A stretch of DNA of 64,000 nucleotides from the human T2T-CHM13v2.0 reference genome, Homo sapiens. This document shows positions 37,717 through 49,364 of this stretch, piece by piece; positions within the stretch are counted from its first letter, which is position 1; the number at the start of each line of letters is the position of its first letter. Location: NCBI RefSeq assembly GCF_009914755.1, contig NC_060932.1. The stretch is one strand, 5' to 3'. The translations under genes were made by a program, and so were the position numbers. The notes beneath the pieces are model-generated. The model saw nothing but the letters and a program-made list of their open reading frames with translations, did no database searches and was not told the origin of the DNA.

Positions 37717-40030
37717 AATTTATGCTGTATTCTCAGTACAAGATAACTGGGGGCATTTGCTGTGGATTCTTCTCATTACTGGAAATGTTAATGTAATCAT
37801 TTTGTTGAGGTGGTTTCTGTCAGATTTCTCCCTTGCAAAGTTATAGTTTACATTTTATAATGATTAATTTTCTTATGATGAGGCATGCTGAGATATTATA
37901 AATATCCTCTTACTTTTGGCTTACTCATTTTAAGCATCCATTACTAAATCTTGACTGAATCAATTATTATAATGGCAGTTGGTAAATGATGGTTTCAAAT
38001 CCCATCATTATTGTACATTTTGTAGTAGCATGTTACTGAAAAGAAGTTGTTTCCATTATTACCTTTTAAGTATTTATTTTTGTTATTAGTCAACTCATGG
38101 AATCTTATTTTTATTGAATGAGTTATAACCTGTTACTATCCTTATTTATTTTGATATTCAATTTACAATGACTCTGGGTCCTTTTGAATTTTTACCTTCC
38201 TTCTTTGAGTATTTTCTTACATTTTGACTAAAAGTTATTTCAGGATTGTCTTGTAATTTCCCCACACTGGCTCTGGAATCAGCCATTTCTCCAAGAACTC
38301 CTGGTTCATTTAAGAGGACAGGAATTTAGAACAAAAATCCAGGTTGTATGAGTGCTCATTGCTACTGAGGTGCTATTGCTCATACGTACTTTTAGAGTAC
38401 AGAAACAATTACCACACTGATGTTGCCAAAGCCAGTCCAAACCCACAGGGTTCACTCTCTCTTCTTAATTTCCATATTTATTTATTCCTTCTCTGATGGA
38501 GAAAGCTGTCTCCCATTTCAACAAAATTTTTACATATGTCTTCAGTCTTGGAATGTACACAAAGTGATTTTAGAACTACCTACTAGTGCTTTTGTACAAA
38601 AAGGAGAGTTTTCATTGTATTTTGTCCTATTTTTAGTGGTTTTAGAGGTTTTCTTTTTCAACTTTTTTTTTGTCTTTAGCTTGAGAACATATGGTCTAAT
38701 TAGTGTGTTAAGAGTGACTTAGTTTTGATACTAACCGTCCTCTTTCAATGTGTAATGTTATTTGTTTGAGAGACCGTTCAGTTAATATGTTTCTGTTAGC
38801 ATTCAGTTTTAGTATTTTGTGGATTTTATTGACTTTTTTTGAATATATGAAGCATTAACATGGTTCTGAAGGTAAGATATGTGAAAAAAGGTATGTTCAG
38901 AGAATTGCCCTTTCCCTTTCGAATTCCTCTACTTTTTACATTTCCACCCACTCCCTGAAGGCAACCCATCTCATTAGTATCCGGTGTATCCTTTCTGTGT
39001 CTCTTTGTTGCCAAACAGTAAATATATGTGTGTTTTATTTTCAATTCTTTTTTACACAATAAGTAATACACTAAAGATACTCTTCTGTACTTAACCTTTT
39101 TCACTTAACAATATACTATATATATGCTGGAAGTCACTTTATATCTGTTCTTAGAAATCTTCCTTATTCACTTTTACATCTGCATAGTGCTCTATCAGAT
39201 AGATGTACTATAGCTTTATTCAATCACTTCTCTACATAGTGGCATTTGTGTTGTGTCCAGTATTTTGAAACAAATAACGTTGCAGTGAATATTCTTGAAC
39301 ATATTATTTGTATTTTAGTGTTACCGGAGGTGTATCTTTGGATTAAACTTTGAAAATGAGATTGCTGAACTGATAAGTAAACACATATGCATTTTTTTGT
39401 AAATGTTGCCAAATTTTCCTGCATAAGGTTATGCAAAATTTACCAAAAATGCATGTGTTTATTTATCAATTCAGTAATCTGATCTTTAAAGCTTTATCTA
39501 AATTTATGGCATAAATTTTGTACCATCTGAGAAAAGCCTATTTCCCACCATATGAAAGTGCCATTTTCCCAATCCTACTAATAGGTATGCTGTTTTACAT
39601 TTTAAAATTATATTTTGCCAATTTGGTAGGTGAAAAGTGGTATATCAGTGACATTTTAAATTGTTTTAAATTGCTTTACTCTATGTGTAACATTAAACGC
39701 TTTCGTATGTTTAAGGACAGTATTTCCATCTTTTGTTTAAGAAATCTCTTTTTATCTATTATACTTACAGGCTTTTGCAATTTTCTCACAATTTTTTATA
39801 GTTCTTTATGTATTTGAATGACTCTAGACTTTGATATAAACTGCAAACATTATCTCTCAGCTTGTTGACTGTATCCTTATTTTGTTTATGGTGCTTTATG
39901 TTATGCCAATTTTTAAAGGCAAATTTATATAGTCAATCAATCTTTTTTATTGCCTCTGGATTTTATGTTAGAATGTCTTTCCCTATACCCAAGTTAAAGA
40001 GTGATTCATCTGTATTTTCTTTTGTACTTG
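37717..40030 (-). mobile_element. Continuation of old L1MC/L1ME antisense sequence
   Basis: CTGGAATCAGCCATTTCTCCAAGAACTCCTGGTTC, GTGCTCATTGCTACTG and TTTGCCAATTTGGTAGGTGAAAAGTGGTAT are L1M motifs; may be more than one element. Confidence 0.75.
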
Positions 40031-40121
40031 TTAAATCTTCATTATTCATTTTAATCAGTGTAACCTTATTTTCACTAACATGCTTTTTTAAAATTTTAGC
40101 TATTACCTATTTGATATTTTA

Positions 40122-40854
40122 TGAGTGGGGTGCAAGCTTCCCTTCTGTCCTCTCTGTCGTTTCACTGAAATGACTGACAATAGAGAGATTAATAGGAGAA
40201 AAAGGCATACAAATGTATTAATGTGCATAAGCATGGGAGCCTTATAAACTATGAGACTCAAAGAAGAGCCAGATGTTAAGTTTTATGGGATTATACATCT
40301 TTCTCACAAGTTGTAGGAAATTTGAGGGGTTGTAAATGATTCTTAGAGGGAATTGAAAAAGCCGAAAGAATACTGGTCTGGGACAAAGTTCCTCTGGCCT
40401 CTGGGGCAGCGAGGAGATGGTGGGAAGGTGAGGGGCTGAACTTCACTGTGAACCAGGGTTGTCTTATTGTGGAGAGACAGTCTCCTAGGTAATCTCTTGG
40501 AGCTACCCTCAGAAGAATATATGAAATGTATATCTGGGTATTCTGACAACTTTTAGTCTCTTCTCTTCTCTAGTGGTTTACCTTTTCTGGTTACTTCATG
40601 AAGCAGTTTTAAGACAATTGCATTTCTTCTGTAGGAACTTCCCTTAATCAGATAAGAAAACTTCAGAGAAAGTCCTTCCTGATGCTTTGGGGGTAAAAAA
40701 ACAAAAAGGATCAGAGAGATATTAAGAAGAAAGAGAGTCAGAGAGAGACCTTCGTTCTAAGGCTTATTTCTGAGGTCTTTCAACTTCCTTTGATTCAAAG
40801 CATGCAGCTTGTCAAAGCACTATATTTTGGGGTCTTGTTCTCTGCACCCTAACA
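40122..40854 (-). mobile_element. MER39/MER34-like ERV1 solo LTR
   Basis: Minus strand starts TGTTAGGGTGCAGAGAACAAGACCCCAAAATATAGTGCTTTGAC; plus strand has GATTAATAGGAGAAAAAGGCATACAAAT near the other end. Confidence 0.75.
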
Positions 40855-41057
40855 ATATTTAAGTGTATAATTAATATGTCTCATCTTCTTTTTAGTAAAT
40901 TTGATATTACTTTATTTATTATTGGGCAATAGTATGTTGTCCTTTTTGATAGACATGCCTATTATTAGGATTAATAATTCCTAGTTATAAAATATTAACA
41001 TTAAAAAATTTAAGAAGTGTTTAGGGAACCAAATAGCACCATACTAAAAAGTAATAA

Positions 41058-41142
41058 TTTTTATTTTATTATTTTATTTATATAAATGTACAGTGTACAA
41101 GTCTTGTTTTATTACATGGATAGATTGCTTGGTGGTGAAGTC
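41058..41142 (-). mobile_element. Very short L1PB-like 3' tail
   Basis: T-rich tail, then GTACAAGT...TTACATGGATAGATTG...GGTGAAGTC. Confidence 0.6.
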
Positions 41143-41149
41143 ATTTAGG

Positions 41150-41990
41150 ACCTTGAAAAATATCCTGGATTTGTCCTGAGAGAAGTCAGGAATGTTTGTA
41201 GGCTTTTAATTACTGAAGTGACATTATCATTGTTTTAAGATTATGTGGCTGTAACGTGAATAATGGATTAGAAAATGTACAAGGCCTAAAGAAGGAAACA
41301 ATTAAGGCATTAAAATATTATGGTAGCATGTTCAAAGGAAGTGATATTTGTGAGAGAAGTGCAGAGATTCAACACATATTTGGGAGGCAAAATTAACACA
41401 ACTTAGCAGTAGATGAATGTGGGCATGATAGAGTAGTCCAGGTTGAAGGTCAGGGTTTTTGTTAAGGTGAATTTCAGGAATAGTTATAACAATCATGTCA
41501 GTGTCAAAAACAATAGAAGAAAAGTAAGACAGAAACTGAGAGAGATAGAAAAGGATGGTAAGTTCATTTTGTTTTTCTTTTAAAAAATTATTTATTTTCA
41601 AATTTTCGGAGATAGAGTCTCACTCTGTCACCCCACCTGAAGTGCTGTGATGTCTTGAACTCCTGGGCTCAAGCAATCCTCCTACCTCAGCCTCTTGAGG
41701 AGCTAGGCACTTGCACCATGTCCAGCTAACTTTTAAATTTTTTTGTAAAGATGCAGTCTTGTTACATTGCCCAATATAGTCTTGAACTCCTAACCTTCAG
41801 CAGTACTCCTGCTTCTGTCCCTCAAAGTGCTGGGATTACAGGCAAGAACTACCACACCTGGCAGGTAAGTTCAATTTTTGAAATATTGAGTTTTAAGTGA
41901 CTATGGGATCAGAAAATGGAGGTTCAGTAAATTGTTGGATACACGGATCTGTTTCCCGGAATACTTTTCTTGGCTAAATTTAATGACTTA
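41150..41990 (-). mobile_element. L2 fragment interrupted by AluJ
   Basis: GAAGTGACATTATC...TTTAAGATTATGTGGCTG...GAGATTCAACACATATTTGGGAGG. Confidence 0.6.
41575..41863 (-). mobile_element. AluJ (internally deleted)
   Basis: CTCCTGGGCTCAAGCAATCCTCC; TSD GGTAAGTTCA at 41557-41566 and 41864-41873. Confidence 0.9.
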
Positions 41991-43904
41991 TCTTTAACAC
42001 AGAAGAGGATGGATTTTCTTCAGGTAATTATGAAAGTACATGTAATCATAGTTACTAAAAATACCATCATAGGAGGTCAAATAGATAAATATTGAAAGAA
42101 AAGTTTATTTCTTAATACTATGATACATACAGATACATTTGAATGATTCTATTCATTTCTTCAGAAACTCTGGGGTTGTTGGGGTTAGGAAGAAAGCTTC
42201 AGACAGTTTGTGGGTAAGTGTAGCTTGAGGCCAGATTTTCTGGTCAACAAACTAGGACAATTTTAGATGTGAAAGTCTCCTTTACTGATGACATTTTTTT
42301 TAAAGCAAGGCGAATGGGCCACAGGGTTTTCACTAAACAGAAACAATTCTTGACATGCTTTCCCTTGAATCCTTATAAAATAATAATAGATGATAGGAGA
42401 GGGGATAGGCTAGCATATCTAAACTCACGTGGGATAACTGTTGAGACTTAATTCAGGGATCTATGGCAAAACAAAGCTTCTGATCTATAGTGTTTTAAAA
42501 TCCCAGGTTTACTGAACCCTCTTGAACTTCGAAAACATAATACAGTAATGTATTTGAAGGATTTAATGAGGGAAGTCAAGAGCAATGAAAGATCACAAGA
42601 CAAGGAGGTTAGCCTAGCCAAATAAAATGGTGATAAATTGTAACCAGGTGTCTTTATTTCCTGATTCCTCAAGTACTGCACACTCAGCTTTCTCTGTGAG
42701 AAAGGATAGCTTGTGAAATTCCGTACAGTCTTTGTCAGCTTTAATACTTTCTTGCAAGATCTCAGAATTATTTGCTTAATCTTAACTACCTCAGAGGCAA
42801 ATGAGATTAACTATTTAAAAATTACATATGGAGTAAAAGAAGATCTAATATTCCTTGTGATTTAGGAAATTCATAAGGATACTTTGCTGGTGTCCTAATA
42901 TTTGTCTGCTATAACGATTCAGGACAAAGTAGGTTTTATTGTGGCATTGCATATCTGTGCAGTTCAAAAGCCATGTTGCAAAGCTCTTCTTAATTACATG
43001 CAACACACGCCCTCAAATTCTTATGAACGTATTTCACACATTACTTATGCCCTCTATGAGTTTCTTCACAAGACCAACTTCTCTTTAATTGTACACTGCA
43101 CAATTTATAATATTCTTTGTATTTGTATTGATATTTATTTTAGATCATATTATTTCACTACATTATATGAACAGATAAAACCTTCAGAGAATTCTCTAAT
43201 TCAAGGGAAGAGAATAAGGCAAAGCCTGAGATACAGAACAGAGAAAGCATATGAGAAGAGGCAGACAAAGGAGAAGAGAATTTTCTGGTGGTAGGCCTGG
43301 TGAGTAGACTGGCCAGGATAAGGCAGAACACAAGCCCTTGTCCCCCAGTGGGATACAAGGTGGGATTTCTATCTTCCATCCCTGGTCTGGGGAAATGGAC
43401 AAAATGATAGAAAAATGCATCACCTCTAAGATATGAACACAGAATAAGAAAGAATGTTCCTTTCCATGTGAGCATTTTCATGGAGTTATTTATTAAAATA
43501 CTACTAAGGTCTAAAGTTACTTTCCTCCAGGCATTTCATTCTCTATACATGGAGCATCAGGAAATATTCTAGGCATTCTGGCCAATGGATTAATAACCAC
43601 TGATATTTTGAAAGTTACATATCTTTTGGAACGGATATGTAGCCTTCTGGTGTCTGACAATTCAGTGCTAATAAATGATTTGAGCCAGCAATGGATAATT
43701 GATTTATTTTTGTAAATGCTTAAATATAATTTCTTTGAATAAAAATTATGTATATGTGTCCCTTTTTTATTCCTTCTCTTTGAGAATACCAGACAATAAA
43801 AAACAGAATAAACCAGTTTTCAAAATTAGGCCCTTTTATTTCAAAAGGTTTGCACCCCACTCACGTTAAAGAATAAAATATTCAAGTTATTAAATATGAA
43901 TAAT

Positions 43905-44420
43905 CAAAAGAAACAATGAGCTATCAAGACGTGAAAAGATGGGGGAAACTTAAATACATATTTTTAAGTGAACGAAACTAATCTGAAAATGCTAAATACT
44001 GTATGATTCCAAATACCATACACAACGTTCTGGAAAAGGCAAAACTATGGAAACACTAAAAGGCTCAGTGGTTTCTAGGGTTTGTAGGGAGGGAGGGGTG
44101 GATAAGCAGAGCACAGAGGAGTTTTACGCCAGTGGAAGTATTCTATATCATACTATAGTGGCAGGTATATGTGATTATCATGTGTTAAAACTCATAGAAT
44201 GTAGAACATCAGGAGTCAACCTTAATGTAAACTAGGAACTTTGGGTGATAATGAGGTATCATTGTGGGTTCCTCAGTTGTAACAACTGTATCACTCTGGT
44301 GTGGGATATTGATAGTGGGTGAGGATTGTGCATATGTGGGGTCAGGGGTACAGGGGAACTCTGTACTTCCTACTCAATTTTGCTGTAAACTTAAAACTGC
44401 TTTAAAATAAATTATTTTTT
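43905..44420 (+). mobile_element. L1MC1-like 3' UTR
   Basis: ATGAGCTATCAAG...TTCTGGAAAAGGCAAAACTATGG...CAATTTTGCTGTAAACTTAAAACTGC. Confidence 0.85.
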
Positions 44421-45999
44421 TAAAAAAGGACAAGAAAAAATTAACTGAAAGTCAACGTTCAGAGAAGCAATGTATTTTAATAAGATATCCAGAAGAAAAA
44501 TCCTTGGCTTTGTCTTTACCTTAATGACAAGCAAATTGTCCATTTGAATAAAAGAAGAATTATCACCTAGACTTCTGGGTATCTTCTGATTGGTGGGTAG
44601 AATATTTTAGAGGAAAATTTCAAACAATGTATCATTACAGGCAATAATACAAGGTGTGTTGATTTGTTTGATGAGCCCTATCTCAAGAATAAAAACTGAG
44701 CCAGGAAAAATTATGTAGGAGCTTTAAGTTTGAACTTTAAAAAGAAATATTAATTATTTTCCAGACGTCAATAAACAGAAAATGTGTAAGTTTGGTAACT
44801 TGTTTGAATTTAATTTTGTGAAGTCTTTTTTCCTTATAGTGGTTAGCAATAAAATACATTACAATATGTATTCTTAGTGGTAACAAAGAAAAGAAAGAAT
44901 GGAAGAGAAAGACAATATCCTTATTTCACTTCAAGTTTTAGGAAGGGAAAAATCACATAAAATAGAGTGGTTGGTTGTTAAAACTAATGCAGAAATAAAG
45001 AAAAATTAGTCCCTTTGGCAAAGTGAAGAAAAAAAAAGGGTGATGGTGGGTGCTGGAGTATGGGTTGAAGATCACTCCTGAGGCCACGCATGTGAAAGGC
45101 CTTTGTGCTTCTGCAGTAACAATAATGATGCAATTTCCAAATAATTAGCATATTATAGATATTTGGAAGAAAAGAGAACAATGCTTGTTTTTCTTGATGA
45201 AGATAGTAGAAAAAAAAGAGAGGTGCAACTGAGAACAAATTTTAAAATAGAAGGTTGTTTATTATTTAAATAAAGATTATTTCCAATAATCACCATAATT
45301 TGTCACTGGTAAGGTGAAATGCAGAATCTAATGTCTCACTACATTTTTTTTTCCAGTTGCATGGCAAATAGAATATATTGGTACTAAACTCATCTCATTA
45401 ACTTCTTTGCCTCAGCTATTGACACGACAAGTTGTTTTTATCTTGAAACTGTGCTAAAATACACTTGGCTTTGCCAAGTCTCTAAAATGGCTCACTGTTT
45501 TCTTGCCAGGACCCAAGAAAGTAGCAATTTTAAAAATGGGGTAATAATTTATACTTTAATGACCTACACCTACCTCATTTTGGGTAATATAGTGCTGCTT
45601 CATTTAAATGTTTTAATGTATTGAAACTTAATTCATTACTAGCAGAAACTACCTGGTTGTCATTCTTAAGACTGAACTTCATCTGAAACTACATAACAGG
45701 TAGAGCAGGGGTATAATTTGGTAATATAAAATGCTCTCCTTCATTGCCTAGCACATCTACCTTGAGTTTGATGAAATAGAACTCTCCAACTTCAGGACTG
45801 GGCATTATTTTTTTTCAAGTTTTACTTTATTGGTTGCAGTGGATTAAACAATGCAAATTTTATTCTAGTTATCATAATGTGTGCATTTGATTACTGTAGC
45901 AAGTGATAAGATAACTTACTTGCTCGGTGCACATAATTCAGTCCAAATAATATGGATTAAGGGACATGGGCCAACTATAAAAATAAAAACTTAAAAGAT

Positions 46000-47510
46000 A
46001 AGAAACTTTTAGGTAGCTGAAGAAAGTGATGACTGTCTGTACTGCATCTTTCAATATATTCCACCAAACAACTAGAAGCTATAAGGCAAAACAAAACAAA
46101 ACAATACCATAAAACAACAACAGCAAAAAACTATACAAAAAATTGCTTTAAGCATGACTTGACAAGAAATGACCAAACTCCAGAATAGCTATAAATAAAA
46201 AAAAGAAAAACATCAAATTCCAGGGAACAATCTCTCACATGATTGCAACACTGCAAGCCTTTGCGGTAAGCAAAGACAGGCCAAGAAAAGCTTAGAGAAA
46301 AGAAAAGATAAAGGGATACTTGGGGCATGTAATAAAAGAGAAAACTAGGAAAGGAAAACATTTAGGGTCTTATCAGACAAAAGAGAACCAAACATTAGAG
46401 ACAAAAAACCTCTTCTCAACAACCAAAAAAGAAATAATAAAACCCTCTACAGGATTATCTATTTTAAAGGGATTTGATCTATTGACAAAAGAGGGTGCCA
46501 TTGCACTAGAAATTCTGTAAGACATCCAAAATATACAACAATGAACCAAAGAAAACTCAGTAAATCTATACAGAATTATTAGAAAAATAACAAAACAAAA
46601 TTTAACACACTTTAACTGATAAAACTCTTTATCACCCACAAAAAGAAAAAAAAGAAAAACAGGTAGGAGAAAACACCTGTAAGATGACACTTCAAACTGA
46701 ATTAAATGTACACAAGCAAACACTTAGAGATATGAAAACAAAGCAAAACAAAACCAAAAACCCTTGAATTATAAATTTAAAAACTAAGAGCAGAAAAAGA
46801 CAGAAAAAGAGAGAGAGAGAGAAATAAAAGAGGATGGATTGAGTTCAATAAATAAATAAATAACACTGAAAAAATTATCTCAAAAATAAAAAACAAATAC
46901 ATTATGCCTTAGATATAATTAAATAAAATTGGAAATCTGCCAAGAAAGTAGATTTTATCTACTGTGTGCTTTTATCACACACACAAAAAGGTTAAGTAAC
47001 TATGTGAAATGCTGGATATGTTAATGTGCTTAACTGTAGTAACTATTTCACTATGTATAGCAAAGCATAATTTTGCACACTTTAAATATATGCAATTTTT
47101 TAAAACTTTACAATAATAATTTAGGACAGCGAAGGTAACAACTGAGAACGCAGAAATTAAAGAATGAAAAGGGGCAGAAAGAACATGGTAGAAATAAAAG
47201 ACAGACAAAGAAGGAATAATATTTGCATAATTGGAGCCCCTGAAAACTAAAACAACACATTGGTACGAACCTAATATTTATAATTATATTTAAAAATTTT
47301 TTCAGAAATAAAAGACATGAATCTATATATTGACAGGGCCCACTGGGAACCTGGGGAAATTATCTGAAATATTTAACCCTAAAAATTATACTGGTAAAAC
47401 TATTAAATTTCAAAGACAATGAAAAAAAAAAGAAGAATCTTATGAATAAGATAAATTATAAGAAAAAAAGATAATTATACATGCAGCAGAATTTTCAAAA
47501 CCATAATCCA
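46000..47510 (+). mobile_element. HAL1 or old L1 ORF1-like remnant
   Basis: A-rich ORF1-like sequence including ATCTATATATTGACAGGGCCCAC...GGAAATT...GTAAAACTATTAAATTTCAAAGA. Confidence 0.55.
46941..47105 (+). mobile_element. Short L1MA 3' tail nested in the HAL1-like remnant
   Basis: AAGAAAGTAGATTTTA...GTAACTATGTGAAATGCTGGATATGTTAAT...AAATATATGCAATTTTT. Confidence 0.75.
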
Positions 47511-47656
47511 AAGCCTTTCTCTCCTGTTCTATATAAGTGTTTTGTTTGCTTTTGAAAGTTTCCAGAAATACTTGGGAGATAAGTTAAACTTAGTGATCAG
47601 TAAGTGTGAATTATGAAATTGACTGAAGGACTAAATTTTTTGATAAAAATGAACAC

Positions 47657-47716
47657 AATGGTAGTGAAATTAATGACAATAGGGGAAATGGTAGTGTAAT
47701 TAATGACAATAGGGGG
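47657..47716. repeat. 30-bp tandem duplication
   Basis: AATGGTAGTG(A/T)AATTAATGACAATAGGGG(A/G) twice, two mismatches. Confidence 0.93.
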
Positions 47717-48869
47717 CAGCTCTCCTACCAGAAAGGGCGACATAAATTCTGTATCAGCAAACTTTGACTTGCTCTGTTTCCCATGTTTCTTCCTGGTCCT
47801 CCAACAAGTCCATTGCTCCTAAAATGCAATAACTGCCTCAGAGCTTTTAATTCTCATTGGATCAATTCCCAAATAGTTTTCCATTATTTCATAACCAGGA
47901 CCATGTAGCTGAGGATACAGACAACAATAACTATGATGAATTGAAAATAATTCCTAATGTTACAAAAGAGTTTTAGGGTTTTTCGAATTTCCATTTTATG
48001 TAACTTAAGTAGTTATATAATCACCTCCTAATTATATTTTTCTTTTGTAGTCATTATCATCTAAATTACAGGGTCATCTCTAAGTTTGTGAATTACAGAT
48101 CAGAAACAGGGAAGGAATTTGCTTCAGCAATTGGAAGAAAATGTTTCACGAATTTGTAGCGAGTTGCCTTTGGAATTTCTCAAAACATTTCCTTCTCGGA
48201 AGTATGATTATTTTTATTTTTTGAGGGTGAATTTTCTTCAGGGGTAAATAGATAAAGATTCTCACAGGTATAAGTATTATTATTTTTTACTATTAAAATG
48301 TTCTATTAGATATTAGCCTCTGTCTTTTAGCATCTCTTGTTCTTGTAAGTTGATTTTTCCCTAAGGAACTTTTTTTCAGACCCTTGAGTACATTAGTTCT
48401 AAAATAAAATATGTCAAGTATATTATATATATAAAACGTCTAGTTTTTGACAAACAATAAAAGACATAATTTTAAATACTCCTTCCTTTCCTCCTTCCTT
48501 TCTTTATTCCCTCCTTTCTTCATTTTGTCCATTTTTTTCTTTCCTCTTTGCTTCTTTCACTCTTTACTTTTTTTTTCCTTTCTTCTTGAATAAAGCAGTC
48601 CAAGATATATCTGGTAGGGCTGAGCAACACAAGTATTCTGAAAGGTTGAAGGAGGGGCCCAGTGCAGGATGTCAACATTCAAGCAAGTTAGGAAGGCTAT
48701 CCATTCAAAAATGACCATGCTAAGGGCTGCCTAGGGTGGCGTGTCAAAGCCCAAGTGATAAAGAGGAGCACCTGCTTGAGGTGTGAATGCAGCAGTTATA
48801 CTGCAAATCATATGAGAGATGAAGAGTGATGAAGTAAGCACCCAAAGTAGGTAGCAGTGGAGTGGACAG

Positions 48870-49360
48870 GAGATTGTTTACATGCAGAGGAGTTTAATCA
48901 AATAAAAAAATTAAAAATAATTGGAATCCGATTTTTTGGTTCCAGCTTAGGGTGCAGGAGACCCACACAGTGGTCCTCTGTACCAGCAAGGGCCACCCAG
49001 GGGCCCTAGCATCTCAATGACACCCATAGGTTTACTGTTAAAGCCAAGAATACCAAATATGTAAAGGGAGAAAACAAAAACGAACCCCGTGGATTAGAAC
49101 TGAAGGTATCAGTGTAAACCCATGGTTTTTAATATTATAGATGAAAACATACAGCTATATAGGATCTATATTTATTTTATCTATATTACTGAAAACCATA
49201 AATTAATACTGATACCTCCCATGTTGATGTATGTATGCATGTGTATCTATCCAGATGTACATATATCCAATTATATATACATATATTCACTCATATATAC
49301 ATAAATGCATACATACATACATGTTCTGCACAGACAGAACCTGGGTGCAATCACTTTCTA
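48870..49360 (+). mobile_element. L1MC3/L1MD-like 3' UTR fragment
   Basis: GAACCCCGTGGATTAGAACTGAAGGTATCAGTGTAAACCCATGGTTTTTAATAT. Confidence 0.6.
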
Positions 49361-49364
49361 AGGT

